A DNA stretch of 64,000 nt from Thermodesulfobacteriota bacterium (GTDB lineage Bacteria > Desulfobacterota_D > UBA1144 > Nemesobacterales > UBA2774): the NCBI GenBank assembly GCA_965216785.1, contig OZ244197.1, positions 2,656,001 to 2,720,000 of the forward strand. The letters are read 5' to 3'. Of this stretch, positions 1-10,658 are shown piece after piece. The translations under genes were made by a program, and so were the position numbers. Each line of letters opens with the position of its first letter. Position 1 is the first letter of the stretch. Under the pieces are notes generated by a model that was not told the DNA's origin, made no database searches, and saw only the letters and a program-made list of their open reading frames with translations.

Positions 1-26
1 AATATGCTTATTTTTATCTTGCTCAT
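1..26 (-). CDS. 5' end of a gene running off the left edge (MSKIKISI...)
   Basis: Minus-strand ATG at 26 preceded by a GGGAGG ribosome-binding site (32-37); only 8 codons visible. Confidence 0.45.
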
Positions 27-151
27 CAAAACCTCCCTGTATGTAGTTTAACAACCTAAACTCTCACCATAATAACTATAATAATATACCAATTCAAGTA
101 GACAGAAGGCCCTATTTCTTCGAAGGTAGCCCGTGGTGTATAATTACGCAC

Positions 152-670
152 ATGAGCCAGGATCCGGAAGAAAGTAATAGTAGCACATCCGGTAGTGACA
201 GCGAAAAAAGACAGTTTATTCTCCAGGTTGTACAGCCGGGGCTTGCCGGACTTATGGACGGTACGGTTTCATCGCTCGCCCCTCTTTTTGCCGCGGCGCT
301 TGCGACGGAAGACAGCAGGACCGCGTTCCTTGTAGGGCTTGCTACGGCGGTCGGCGCGGGCATCAGCATGGCGTTTTCAGAAGCTCTCTCGGACGACGGT
401 AAAATAAGCGGCCGCGGGAGCCCATGGCTCAGAGGGCTTGTAGAGGGCGGAATGACTTTTCTCGGCGCCATTGGCCACGCGCTGCCCTTTTTAATACCGC
501 ATTTCTGGACAGCTTTTATTGTGGCGAGCGTCGTAGTAGGCATCGAGCTTGTCGCAATCGCTTATATTAGAAATAAATACATGGACACCCCATTTCTCAA
601 GGCCGCGTTTCAGATAATAGTCGGGGGCGTCATAGTACTCGCCGCCGGAATCCTTATAGGCAAATCATAA
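152..670 (+). CDS. VIT1/CCC1 family iron/manganese transporter (MbfA C-terminal-like)
   Basis: VQPGLAGLMDGTVSSLAP and GAGISMAFSEALSDDG motifs; about 5 TM helices. Confidence 0.85.
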   Translation: MSQDPEESNSSTSGSDSEKRQFILQVVQPGLAGLMDGTVSSLAPLFAAALATEDSRTAFLVGLATAVGAGISMAFSEALSDDGKISGRGSPWLRGLVEGGMTFLGAIGHALPFLIPHFWTAFIVASVVVGIELVAIAYIRNKYMDTPFLKAAFQIIVGGVIVLAAGILIGKS

Positions 671-847
671 TATGCTTTAAGAATATATATACAAAGCATA
701 ACACTATGTGCAATAGCGGAACTACATATAAGCTCAGAAATATTTCTATCTTAAATATGCTGAGAAATTGGTCTGGGTATGGATTTCAAATATAAAGAGT
801 TTGTGACGGACCTGCGGGCGAAGATTTGATATTCCGATTCAGGTATC

Positions 848-2902
848 TCAGCTTGCCGATATCGCCCCTTCGTGCCTATGGAGCCTCTCGAGCACATAGC
901 TAATCATTTTATCCCTCCTCACATAACCTTTAACGTATAGGTTTGAGAGATTGTCCACTACCGGGACCCATTTGAGATCGTGCTCTCTCATCGTAGCTGC
1001 TACAAGAGGGGGCGCATCGTTCTCTGTAACTACTACGGGAGAGCTTGTCATAAACTCACTCACCTTCATATGCGGCCTCGCTGTATGCTCGACGGCATTG
1101 AATATATCGGTGCGCGTAATAACCCCCTCGAGCTTATTCCCCTGATCTACAACACAGCAAAATTCAAGGTCTTCGCCTCCGAGAAGTTTAACAGCGTCTT
1201 CAAAGGTATCTTGAGGCGACAGAGTAACCGAAAGCGGACGGATAAAAGTGCTTAGATTTAAACCCTCCAGAATATTATAGGCAAGCGGCATCTTCTGCCA
1301 GATGTTCCCGGTGCGCCTCTTAATTGCATCAGCTAAAAAATCCTTAAAAGGAGCCAGTGTGCCGGATATCTGCTCAAATACTTTCCGCCCGATCACAGTT
1401 ACTTCAAGGTGTGTCTTAGCCCGGACGCTGGAGCTTCTTTCTCTATGCTCTAAAAGCGCCATCTCGCCAAAGAAGTCGCCTTTGCCCAATATTGCGATAA
1501 CTTCCTCATCTTCTCCCTCACCTGAATTCTTCAGGATTTCCACCTCACCTTCCTCAATGATATAAAAGTTATTCGAAGGGTCGCCTTTTTTAAATACATA
1601 ATCACCCGGTATGAAATGAGAGCGTGAGATCCTCTCAGTCTGTATCACTCTCGCGTAGGCCAGGTCGCGCGAGTAAAAAATCTCCCATGCCCAGTCAAAC
1701 CCCACTTTTACCCTGTGAGAGAGCTGAGGGAGCTTAAACAGATACACCGAGCGCCAGAGGAACCAGGCCATAAACCCGGATATTCGCATCCCCAGAAACT
1801 CTGCCACAGCGTTATGCCCCCCAATCGCGCAAAGCTGACCGAGCGGCCTAAAATAAAAGGGTTTTGTCTCCTCCCCACGCATCACCCTTACTATATTTTG
1901 AGCAGTCTGGCGGCCCTGCCGCTCCGCGAACTGCCCTGTAGGTGTACAAATACTTCCGTCATAACTGTTCGTAATCACTGAGCAGTCACCGACTGCCCAA
2001 ACGTTAGATTGTCCCCTCAGCCTCATGTCGGGCTCAGTAAGAAGCCTACCGCGCTCTTTTTCCACATCGAGCGCTTGAACCACTTTTACGGGCGCGTTCC
2101 CTACAGTGCTTACGACTGTCGCCCCTTCTATGGTAGCGCCGTCCGCGAAGCCCACACCGTCCTTCGTTACGTAAGACACTCTATGGTTTAGCACAATGTC
2201 GATCCCGGCTTTTTCCATTTTTTCCCTTGCAAAGTCCCTGAGACTGGAGCTTACCTCGGGGAGTATCTGGTCCCTTGAATGAATAAGTGTTACCTTGATG
2301 TCTTCTTCTGTGATGTTTTTGTAATATTTATGCGTGTCCCGTACCAGATCGTTTATTTCCCCGGCTACCTCAACTCCGCTGAATCCGCCCCCGACAATGA
2401 TAAAAGACATGTACCAGGGTCTTCGCGTCTTATCATCTGATATCTCAGCGTTTTCCATTTGCTGGATAATGTGATATCGAAGCGCTATTGCGTCCCCGAC
2501 CGTTTTAAGAGGGTAGGAATGATCTGCCATACCGGGTATCTGGCCCATATTTACATCTGAACCCGTCGCTATCACAAGATGATCATAGTCCATCCGTCCG
2601 ATAAGGCTCCGGTCACCCGAATATTCAACGTAATTGTTTTCAATATCTATTTTTGTAATATCCTCGGTCCTGCAATAAACACCCGGAAGCATTTGCCTTA
2701 AAGGGACCGAGATTGGCTCAGGGCTTATCGAAGCGCCCACGACTTCTGCAAGGAGCGGCTGAAAAACCATATAGTTCTCACTATTAAATAGAACTATCTG
2801 TGCTTCTTCACCCTTAAGCTTACGTCTAAGAGTAGCTGCGCACTTTACTCCCGCAAACCCGCCCCCCAGTATGATAATTCTCTTTTCAGGCCGATCAGTC
2901 AT
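848..2902 (-). CDS. Type II NADH dehydrogenase-like FAD oxidoreductase fused to a cNMP-binding domain and a CBS pair
   Basis: GGGFAG and GGGFSGVEVAGE Rossmann motifs, WAVGD; GDFFGEMALL..RSSSVRA cNMP motif; C-terminal CBS repeats (GVITRTDI, VSEFMTSSP). Confidence 0.85.
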   Translation of the reverse strand: MTDRPEKRIIILGGGFAGVKCAATLRRKLKGEEAQIVLFNSENYMVFQPLLAEVVGASISPEPISVPLRQMLPGVYCRTEDITKIDIENNYVEYSGDRSLIGRMDYDHLVIATGSDVNMGQIPGMADHSYPLKTVGDAIALRYHIIQQMENAEISDDKTRRPWYMSFIIVGGGFSGVEVAGEINDLVRDTHKYYKNITEEDIKVTLIHSRDQILPEVSSSLRDFAREKMEKAGIDIVLNHRVSYVTKDGVGFADGATIEGATVVSTVGNAPVKVVQALDVEKERGRLLTEPDMRLRGQSNVWAVGDCSVITNSYDGSICTPTGQFAERQGRQTAQNIVRVMRGEETKPFYFRPLGQLCAIGGHNAVAEFLGMRISGFMAWFLWRSVYLFKLPQLSHRVKVGFDWAWEIFYSRDLAYARVIQTERISRSHFIPGDYVFKKGDPSNNFYIIEEGEVEILKNSGEGEDEEVIAILGKGDFFGEMALLEHRERSSSVRAKTHLEVTVIGRKVFEQISGTLAPFKDFLADAIKRRTGNIWQKMPLAYNILEGLNLSTFIRPLSVTLSPQDTFEDAVKLLGGEDLEFCCVVDQGNKLEGVITRTDIFNAVEHTARPHMKVSEFMTSSPVVVTENDAPPLVAATMREHDLKWVPVVDNLSNLYVKGYVRRDKMISYVLERLHRHEGAISAS

Positions 2903-2950
2903 ATGAATCGCTCCATCCCTTTAGCATACTACAGTGATATAAGTCTGTTG

Positions 2951-3364
2951 TTAAGAACCTACCTCGGCTGCTCCAGCGCTAAATAGTTTCTTTATGTTCC
3001 ACTCGCCGGGGCCCGTTATCGCCAGAGCGGCAAACACAATCATATATAAAAGCGCTTTTTCCCACTTCGCAAACGGGTCACCGTTTATCATAAGATGTAT
3101 TACGAAGGCCGCGATAAACATATTTACCGCCGCTATGAATGCCGAGATTCTGGTAAATAATCCTGCTATAATCAGCAAGGGAAAAACGGTCTCAGCCGAT
3201 ATTGCCATATAACCCGAGATAAGCGGCATAGGTATTCCCACATTTGCCACATGCTGTATGAAAGGGGAAGGGTTCAGAAGCTTCGGAAGCCCGTGGGCAA
3301 TAATCATAATAGCGCTCACTGAGACTCTTAATACCAATAGTCCCGCATTGTAACTAATATTCAT
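2951..3364 (-). CDS. DoxX family membrane protein
   Basis: LLVLRV...HGLPKL, GLFTRISA, GPGEWNI pattern; 4 TM. Confidence 0.85.
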   Translation of the reverse strand: MNISYNAGLLVLRVSVSAIMIIAHGLPKLLNPSPFIQHVANVGIPMPLISGYMAISAETVFPLLIIAGLFTRISAFIAAVNMFIAAFVIHLMINGDPFAKWEKALLYMIVFAALAITGPGEWNIKKLFSAGAAEVGS

Positions 3365-3395
3365 TCTAATTCCTCCAGTTCAGTGTAAGTGATGT

Positions 3396-4259
3396 TCAAT
3401 AATTTCCAATAGGTATGCTTAGCGTGACTCCGGAGCGTTTTCCGTCAGTATCTTTAAAAACAATCAGAGTTTCTAAGTTTGAATCTTGTATATCCCGGCC
3501 TGAAAGCGCCCGGACTTCGAGCTTAATATCTGTTCTTCCTTTTCCCCCTGTATCATCGATAGTAACATTTCCGACCGAGAACTCATCACCATCAGCAGGG
3601 TAGAGCTCTATATCGCTCAAAGATTTCTCGTAACTAAGGGAAATGTGAATAATTTCCGAGACCCCGTTTTTTCCCGCGCTGCGAATATCTACTTTAAACG
3701 GGCTGTTCTTATCCGATGCTACAAGAGGGAGCGTACTTTTCCACTCCGAGAAAAGGGCTGTATTCGCACGCTCTTGCCCTTCCGATACAGGAAGACTCTG
3801 TTTAATCTCCGCTTTACCCGGTATGCATATCTCCTCACAGCTTACCCACGACACCTCTGCCGCTAAATCTATCATTGAGCCCGTCTTTAAACCCTCGGGC
3901 ACATTCACATTCGAAAACAGGAGTAGAGAACCCTCATAACCATAGTCAGTTATATCACCCGCCCCGGTAAACTCCTGAGGCAGCGGCCAGTTCAGATCAT
4001 CTGCGGCAAACCCCTCCGGCAGTTTGAAGCGAACCTTTGTCGGAAGCCCCGTATCCCCCGAGTTCTTCCAGTAAATATGCCAGTGTGGAATAATCTCAAA
4101 CAAAACTCCTGCTTTAAAAGGCTTTCCCGGTACAATCGCGTTTACGTCCGTAACGAGGCTTACCTTTACCGGGGACGGAACTTCTTCAGCTTCAGAAGCT
4201 TTAAGAGCAAACAAGAAAGCGGAAGTCAGCACTAAAATGGCAAATAGTATAGTTCTCAA
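3396..4259 (-). CDS. DsbD N-terminal-like (protein-disulfide reductase domain) periplasmic protein
   Basis: WHIYWKNSGDTGLPT and CEEICIP motifs; signal peptide; probable TTG start at 4259 (track ORF starts 4343). Confidence 0.8.
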   Translation of the reverse strand: MRTILFAILVLTSAFLFALKASEAEEVPSPVKVSLVTDVNAIVPGKPFKAGVLFEIIPHWHIYWKNSGDTGLPTKVRFKLPEGFAADDLNWPLPQEFTGAGDITDYGYEGSLLLFSNVNVPEGLKTGSMIDLAAEVSWVSCEEICIPGKAEIKQSLPVSEGQERANTALFSEWKSTLPLVASDKNSPFKVDIRSAGKNGVSEIIHISLSYEKSLSDIELYPADGDEFSVGNVTIDDTGGKGRTDIKLEVRALSGRDIQDSNLETLIVFKDTDGKRSGVTLSIPIGNY

Positions 4260-4330
4260 AGATTTACACCGTTTCTCAATATCAAGGTACTTAAAATATA
4301 CGGCACACCAGGCTGGATAAAAGGGAAATA

Positions 4331-4801
4331 TCATCCGTACCAATTCTCAGTCGGCACTTTCACTGCCAGCACTTCACCTTTGGCACATAATTTTTCATTT
4401 GAAAAAAGCTCGCAAGTAACTGTGATCTTTCTGCCGTCTCTCTTAAGAATCTTTGCCTTTAAATTAACGGCCTCGGAAGTTGGGACGGGCCTTAAATAAT
4501 CTATTTTCATAGACCCTGTAACACACCATAGAAGCGGCTCCGTATCAAGCGCTCTTCCCTCCTCTCTGTAGCAGTCAGCGATGGCAGTGCAGATCGAATG
4601 GCAGTCTATGATTGTGGCTATTATACCGCCGTTTAAATACCCGTCAGGTCCCGCCTTAAAATGCTCCGGTGGGTTCCACTTACAGACAGTTGCCCCCTTT
4701 TCAGACCAACGGCTTTTAATTTGCAGCCCGTGCGGGTTATGCGCTCCGCAGCCCCAGCAGTCGTTATGTTCCCAGTAATCCTGAAAAGCTTTTTCGCTCA
4801 A
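4331..4801 (-). CDS. PaaI family thioesterase (hotdog fold)
   Basis: CWGCGAHNPHGL, GYLNGGIIATIIDCHS, VTGSMKIDYLRPVP. Confidence 0.85.
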   Translation of the reverse strand: MSEKAFQDYWEHNDCWGCGAHNPHGLQIKSRWSEKGATVCKWNPPEHFKAGPDGYLNGGIIATIIDCHSICTAIADCYREEGRALDTEPLLWCVTGSMKIDYLRPVPTSEAVNLKAKILKRDGRKITVTCELFSNEKLCAKGEVLAVKVPTENWYG

Positions 4802-4830
4802 CTGATCATCTCCTTCGTATAATATTTAAG

Positions 4831-5922
4831 CTAAGAATCCTGAACCGCGCGTCCGCCTTTAATTTGAAACTCTTTCATATCTCCCTCGAACACAACCTCT
4901 TTTTTACTCGGAGTCGTAATAAAGACCTGTCCTGTAAAATCTTTAAGCAATCTGAATATGAATTTTTTTCTTCTCTCATCAAGCTCACTCGTTACGTCGT
5001 CAAGCAGGAGCACGGGAGTTTTCCCTAACGTTTCTTTTATTAGCCCTATCTCTGAAGCCTTGAGCGCAAACGCCAGGTTTTTAGCCTCTCCCTGTGAGGC
5101 AAAAGATGAGGCGTCATTCCCCGCAACTTGAAAGGTAATCGAATCCCTGTGCGGCCCGGCTGTAGTGTGACCACGCTTTTTGTCCTTTTCGAAACTAGAC
5201 TCTAACTCTCTCAATAAACCTCGGGCTGGGTCTTTTCCGGCATCAAAAGAGCAAGTGTATATTATATCTATCTCAGCATCTATCCCAGAAGAGAGCTTAT
5301 ATAACTTATTCAATCTGGGTCTGAGCTTTTTTACATATTCTTTTCTTTTAAGGGCTATCTTACCCCCGGTCTCAGCAAGTTTTTCATCCCATACTTCAAG
5401 GTTGCCCGGGCTCAGCCTGTGCGATTTGGAAAGTACTGCGTTACGCTGCGTAAGCGCGCGGTGATACTGCTTTAGGCCCTGCAGGTACTCGGGCTCAAGC
5501 GCTGATATCAGGGCATCCAGGTAACGCCTCCTATTCTGCGGGCTCCCTTTTACAAGCTCGATGTCCGAGGGCAGGAAGGACACCACCTGGTATCTCCCAT
5601 GAACACTTGATGCCCTATAGACTATCTTGCCATTGAGCCTTATAGTCCTTTTCTCTCCTCCGATATAAATATGCACCTCGTCGAGACCGCCGGAGGACTC
5701 GATTTCACCCTTAATCCTGCACTCCTTTTCAGAGAAAGTAATAAGCTCATCGTGCTTCACCTGCTTAAATGGCTTAAACGTAAGGAGAAAATGCACCGCC
5801 TCGAGCAAGTTTGTCTTGCCCTGGGCATTAGCGCCGTGTATCAGGTTCACGTGCTCGCCGAATGTGAACGTCTCGGCCCTGTATGAGCGGAAATTCTTCA
5901 GTGTAAGAGATTTAAGTATCAC
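4831..5922 (-). CDS. recF: DNA replication/repair protein RecF
   Basis: LTLKNFRSY, Walker A GANAQGKTNLLEA, GPHRD, SQGE, LLLDDVTSELD; probable GTG start at 5922. Confidence 0.95.
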   Translation of the reverse strand: MILKSLTLKNFRSYRAETFTFGEHVNLIHGANAQGKTNLLEAVHFLLTFKPFKQVKHDELITFSEKECRIKGEIESSGGLDEVHIYIGGEKRTIRLNGKIVYRASSVHGRYQVVSFLPSDIELVKGSPQNRRRYLDALISALEPEYLQGLKQYHRALTQRNAVLSKSHRLSPGNLEVWDEKLAETGGKIALKRKEYVKKLRPRLNKLYKLSSGIDAEIDIIYTCSFDAGKDPARGLLRELESSFEKDKKRGHTTAGPHRDSITFQVAGNDASSFASQGEAKNLAFALKASEIGLIKETLGKTPVLLLDDVTSELDERRKKFIFRLLKDFTGQVFITTPSKKEVVFEGDMKEFQIKGGRAVQDS

Positions 5923-6089
5923 GGGTTTGCTTTCATCCAGGCTGCTTTGGGAAATTATAATAAAGATAAGCTCTATTATCAATGAAGACGCCGGTAGAGC
6001 CTTCTCGATCAGGCTCACAGAAACCTTTAGAATACGAAAATATTCTTGACCCTCAAATGCTCGAACGGTATTATCTTTTCAGGGTTACG

Positions 6090-8240
6090 ATGATAGCGCT
6101 AAAGATAAAAGAGATAGCGAAAAAAGACTCCGGGAAAGGGTTTGCCCGCTTAAATCCGGACGATATGCACGAGATCGGTGTAGACGCTTGGGACCTTGTA
6201 GAAATCGGCGGCAAAAGAAAGACCATAGTCAGGGTGATGCCGCTTGAAAAGTCTCTTCGACATAAATCGGTTATACAAATAGACCCCATCACCAGAGAAA
6301 ACGCCAGAGTCGATATAGACGAGCATGTGTTCGTGAAGAAAATCGAATCAAAATCGGCGACCAAGGTCGTCTTATCCCCTAAGAATAACGAACTTCTTTA
6401 TAACGGCAACGAAACTAAATACCTCCTCGACCGCCTTGACGGTTATCCCGTAACACTGGGAGATAGAATAAGGCTCAAACTCCCGGGTACGGGAGAAGAG
6501 GAGTTCAACGTATCAGGAATTATCCCTTCAAACTCTGTAATAATAAGGGCTTCCACAAAGATAGACATAAGAAGACGGTCCAAGGAAAAATTCGACAGCT
6601 CAAGAGTAAGCTATGACGACGTAGGCGGGCTCCAGGAGCAGATTACGAAAGTAAGAGAGATCGTAGAGCTTCCCTTAAGATACCCTCAGCTTTTTAACAA
6701 GCTCGGAATAGATCCCCCTCGGGGCATCCTGCTTGTCGGACCTCCGGGCACCGGCAAGACGCTTCTGGCCAAGGCCGTAGCCTATGAAACAAACGCCAAC
6801 TTCCAGGTAATAAACGGTCCCGAGATAATGCACAAGTTCTACGGGGAGAGTGAGGCCAGGCTGAGAGATCTGTTCGAGATTGCCGCCAGAAACCAGCCCT
6901 CGATCATATTTCTTGACGAGCTCGACGCGATAGCTCCCAAGAGGGATAAAGTATCGGGAGACGTTGAGAAAAGAATAGTATCTCAGCTGCTTTCGCTAAT
7001 GGACGGACTCAAGCAAAGGGGCAATATAGTTGTAATAGGAGCAACCAACCTACCCTCCGCTCTTGACCCCGCTCTCAGAAGACCGGGCCGCTTCGACAGA
7101 GAGGTCAGCCTCGAGGTACCCGACAGAAACGGCAGGGCTAAAATATTCGAAGTCCATACGCGCGGAATGCCTCTATCACAGGACATCGACCTTGAAAGAC
7201 TTGCAGACCTCACACACGGGTACGTAGGAGCGGACATTGAGAACCTTTGCAGGGAGGCGGCAATGAAATCACTAAGACGCTCCCTTCCCGATTATGACGA
7301 GAACGATCCCGATTCGATGGACACAAAGAACATCGTGCCCGTTTCCGTAGAGACCTCAGACTTCATGGACGCCCTAAAAGATGTAGAGCCTTCAGCCATA
7401 AGAGAGATTTTCGTTGAGATATCAAAAGTCACATGGGACGATATCGGAGGGCTTAAAGATACCAAGGAAAAACTGCTCGAAGCCGTAATCTGGCCTTTTA
7501 AGCATAAAGACCTATTTGAAATAATTGACGCCAAAGCGCCCAAAGGGATACTCCTTTGCGGTCCTCCCGGAACCGGGAAAACACTGCTTGCCAAAGCGCT
7601 GGCCAACCAAAGCGGCGCTAATTTTATCTCTGTAAAAGGGGCCGAGATACTCTCAAAATACGTTGGAGAGTCAGAGCACGCGGTGAGAGAAGTATTCAAA
7701 AAAGCAAAGCAAGTAGCTCCCTGCATCGTGTTTTTCGACGAGATTGACGCGCTTGCTCCGTGCCGCAGAGAAACAGACGGCACTAGGGTTTCGGAAAGAG
7801 TGGTAAGCCAGCTCCTTACCGAAATGGACGGTGTAGAAGACCTTAGAGAGGTACTCATACTGGCCGCTACTAACAGGGTTGACATTGTGGACCCTGCGCT
7901 TCTGCGCTCAGGGCGCTTCGACCTTATTCTGAATATCCCCTACCCCGATGAGACTGAGCTCATGGAGATACTCAACATTCACACCCGCGGAAAACCCATA
8001 GCGGACGACGTAAAGCTAAAGGAGATAGCGCATAAGACCAAAGGGCTATCGGGGGCCGATGTTGAGCTTCTATGCCAAAGGGCTTCGATGCTCGCGATTA
8101 GAGAGCATTTAAAAGACAGAAGAAAAAAGCTTAAAATCTCAGAGCGCAATTTCTCAGACGCTCTGAGCGAAATAAGGAAAAAAGTCATCGGCAACTACGG
8201 AGACTTCCAAAAGGAGCACCCCGGTCAGTACCGTGCCTAA
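6090..8240 (+). CDS. CDC48/VCP family AAA+ ATPase (N domain plus two AAA modules)
   Basis: Two [13 protein letters not shown] Walker A motifs, DELD/DEID Walker [10 protein letters not shown] and RSGRFD SRH motifs; probable ATG start at 6090 (track ORF starts 5982). Confidence 0.92.
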   Translation: MIALKIKEIAKKDSGKGFARLNPDDMHEIGVDAWDLVEIGGKRKTIVRVMPLEKSLRHKSVIQIDPITRENARVDIDEHVFVKKIESKSATKVVLSPKNNELLYNGNETKYLLDRLDGYPVTLGDRIRLKLPGTGEEEFNVSGIIPSNSVIIRASTKIDIRRRSKEKFDSSRVSYDDVGGLQEQITKVREIVELPLRYPQLFNKLGIDPPRGILLVGPPGTGKTLLAKAVAYETNANFQVINGPEIMHKFYGESEARLRDLFEIAARNQPSIIFLDELDAIAPKRDKVSGDVEKRIVSQLLSLMDGLKQRGNIVVIGATNLPSALDPALRRPGRFDREVSLEVPDRNGRAKIFEVHTRGMPLSQDIDLERLADLTHGYVGADIENLCREAAMKSLRRSLPDYDENDPDSMDTKNIVPVSVETSDFMDALKDVEPSAIREIFVEISKVTWDDIGGLKDTKEKLLEAVIWPFKHKDLFEIIDAKAPKGILLCGPPGTGKTLLAKALANQSGANFISVKGAEILSKYVGESEHAVREVFKKAKQVAPCIVFFDEIDALAPCRRETDGTRVSERVVSQLLTEMDGVEDLREVLILAATNRVDIVDPALLRSGRFDLILNIPYPDETELMEILNIHTRGKPIADDVKLKEIAHKTKGLSGADVELLCQRASMLAIREHLKDRRKKLKISERNFSDALSEIRKKVIGNYGDFQKEHPGQYRA

Positions 8241-9063
8241 CGAAATAGCGCTTTACGTTATCTCATTCCTACTTGGCACTGTGCTTGGGAGTTTCCTGAA
8301 CGTCTGTATCTACAGGATTCCAAGAGAAGAGTCGATAGCATTCCCGCCTTCCCACTGCCCGCAGTGCGGACATAAAATAAAGTTCTATAACAACATTCCC
8401 ATACTAAGCTACTTACTGCTTGCAGGTAAATGCGCGGACTGTAAGTCAGGCATATCTGCTGTCTATCCGTTTGTAGAGGTTCTATCGGGCCTGCTTCTAC
8501 TATTAACCGTATATACATTTGGTCTTACGCTTCATACGCTCTTTTACGCCGTATTTATTTTTGCCCTTCTGGTAATCACGTTTATTGATCTTGAGCACAT
8601 GATTATCCCCAATATCATAAGTCTCCCCGGCATTATCGTAGGACTTATATTTAACGCGCTCATAACGGATTGGCCCCACAGCCGTGAGCTGATCGAAGGG
8701 GCCTCTATGAGCCTCGGAGGCTTTTTCAGTCTGCTTAACGATGTGCCGTTCCTTGATTCCGTATTCGGAGCCGTTCTCGGAGGAGGCGTGCTGCTGCTTA
8801 TCGCCTTTCTTTACGAGGTAATACGTAAAAGGGAAGGCATGGGCATGGGCGACGTAAAGCTGCTTGCAATGATAGGCGCCTTCATAGGCGTACAGGGAGT
8901 AGTATTCGTCATATTGATTAGCTCAGTTCTGGGCACTGTAGTCGGTATATCTGTAATACTCTATAAGAGGGGCGATCTTAGATACGCCCTTCCCTTCGGC
9001 CCTTTTCTCTCCATAGCCTCTGTGATTTACGTATTCACCGGCGGCTTTAGCCTTCAAATCTAA
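8233..9063 (+). CDS. pilD: Prepilin peptidase / N-methyltransferase
   Basis: GSFLNVCIYRIP, two CxxC motifs, FIDLEH, GMGMGDVKL, PFGPFL. Confidence 0.95.
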   Translation: MPNEIALYVISFLLGTVLGSFLNVCIYRIPREESIAFPPSHCPQCGHKIKFYNNIPILSYLLLAGKCADCKSGISAVYPFVEVLSGLLLLLTVYTFGLTLHTLFYAVFIFALLVITFIDLEHMIIPNIISLPGIIVGLIFNALITDWPHSRELIEGASMSLGGFFSLLNDVPFLDSVFGAVLGGGVLLLIAFLYEVIRKREGMGMGDVKLLAMIGAFIGVQGVVFVILISSVLGTVVGISVILYKRGDLRYALPFGPFLSIASVIYVFTGGFSLQI

Positions 9064-9152
9064 TTAACACCCGGCGCGCAAACTGCACTATAATTAATAA
9101 TGCAAAGAGAACGCGCACTTACAACTGCGCAAAAAAGGCAGCTTCAAATAAA

Positions 9153-10658
9153 ATGCGCTATACCGGTATTACATCAGAAATACTGATAAATATTCTTTTT
9201 ATCACTGCAGTGGCAATGTTCCTCATAGGCTTAATCGCCTTTAAGGTGACGGAGAGGATTGCGCTTCAGGGCAAAATCGATAACGTAAAATCACTCACAA
9301 GCGCAATTGAGAAATCGTACTTCAAGGAAAACGACATAGAGGACGGTATCGAGTTTTTAAAAGAAGCTCTGCCTGAAGGGGCTTGGATGGTTGTTTCAAC
9401 AAACGAGGGCTCTATCATCTCCGGTACGTCCACAGCGGATAAGATCGCTGCTAAGAGCGACCCCCTAATTGCCCGGGCATTAACCTCAGGAGAAATAGCC
9501 GTCGATATCGAGGGTTCGAATATCCCGCCCATAACAAGCTACAAGGGGTTTAAAACCGCAATACCTATAGAGCTTGCAGAGGGAAATAAAGGAGCAATAC
9601 TCATCTCCCAGCCCCTGAGCGCGCTTGAGGACAATATCATTCTGAACCAGCGTCTCATAGCGCTTTGGATAATCCTCTTTCTCATCGTGATAGCGTTTTT
9701 CGGTTTCTACATACTGTCCAGAAGGGTCATCAAGCCCGTTCGCGAGCTCATTAACATCACGGAGAAGATAGCGGCGGGCAAGTTCCCCGATTCTAAAAAC
9801 ATAGGGAAAGTAAAAGAAATCAACCAGCTATACTCGGCCTTAAGGGTAATGTATGAGGAAATAGAGGAAGGAAAGAAAAAGCTAAGAGATAAGATATATG
9901 AATTGGAGCAAAAAAATACGGAGCTGGAACAGACCCAGGGGGAGCTGATCGCCTCTGAAAAGCTTGCCTCACTCGGCAGGCTCTCTGCGGGAGTGGCTCA
10001 TGAGATAGGAAACCCCCTAAGCGCCATCAGCGGTTATGTAGATGTGCTCAAGCGTAGCCCGCGCTTAGACCCCGAGACAACATCTCAGTATCTGGGCGAC
10101 ATACAAAGGGAAATCGAGAGGCTGGATAATATCATAATAACCCTCCTTGAGTACTCGAGGCCCAAAAAGTTTGAGCCGCAGATACTAGACATTAACTCCG
10201 TAATAAAAGACAGCATCGACATTATAGATCGCCAGGGAATATTAAAAAATATCTACATTAAGCAGAACTTAACCGAGGAGCCGGCACTTATTGAGGCGGA
10301 CCCTCACCAGCTCGCTCAGGTAATAATAAACCTTATTCTCAACGCTAAGGACGCAACTGAAGATAACGGTGAAATTATCGTCACCTCCGGCGCGGGCCCG
10401 GGTGAAAGCGTATTTATAAGCGTAAGAGACAACGGAGCCGGCATACCCAGCGTTTTGCTAGACCGAATCTTTGACCCGTTTTTCACAACCAAAGAACCGG
10501 GTAAGGGAACCGGGCTCGGGCTTTCGGTTTCCCAAAGAATTGTAGAGGCTTTCGGCGGCACCATGACGGTAAGAAGCGAAGAGGGTAAAGGAGCCCTTTT
10601 CACACTCATGTTCCAAAGGGTAAGAGATTATGACAAAGCAGAAAATTTTAGTAGTTGA
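9153..10658 (+). CDS. HAMP-domain sensor histidine kinase (PilS/NtrB-like)
   Basis: 2 TM plus HAMP; H-box AHEIGNPL; N, G1, F and G2 boxes (DNGAGI, FDPFFTTK, GTGLGL). Confidence 0.9.
   Translation: MRYTGITSEILINILFITAVAMFLIGLIAFKVTERIALQGKIDNVKSLTSAIEKSYFKENDIEDGIEFLKEALPEGAWMVVSTNEGSIISGTSTADKIAAKSDPLIARALTSGEIAVDIEGSNIPPITSYKGFKTAIPIELAEGNKGAILISQPLSALEDNIILNQRLIALWIILFLIVIAFFGFYILSRRVIKPVRELINITEKIAAGKFPDSKNIGKVKEINQLYSALRVMYEEIEEGKKKLRDKIYELEQKNTELEQTQGELIASEKLASLGRLSAGVAHEIGNPLSAISGYVDVLKRSPRLDPETTSQYLGDIQREIERLDNIIITLLEYSRPKKFEPQILDINSVIKDSIDIIDRQGILKNIYIKQNLTEEPALIEADPHQLAQVIINLILNAKDATEDNGEIIVTSGAGPGESVFISVRDNGAGIPSVLLDRIFDPFFTTKEPGKGTGLGLSVSQRIVEAFGGTMTVRSEEGKGALFTLMFQRVRDYDKAENFSS

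Noticed and set aside
112-543. Antisense and alternative-frame ORFs in the track (e.g. 112-543, 7292-7885, 27404-27874, 33089-33520)
   Set aside because: They overlap well-supported genes, lack recognisable motifs and look like shadow ORFs.
8215-8240. HbYX proteasome-docking motif at the CDC48 C-terminus
   Set aside because: The terminus is QYRA, so Tyr is third from last rather than penultimate, and no proteasome genes are nearby.
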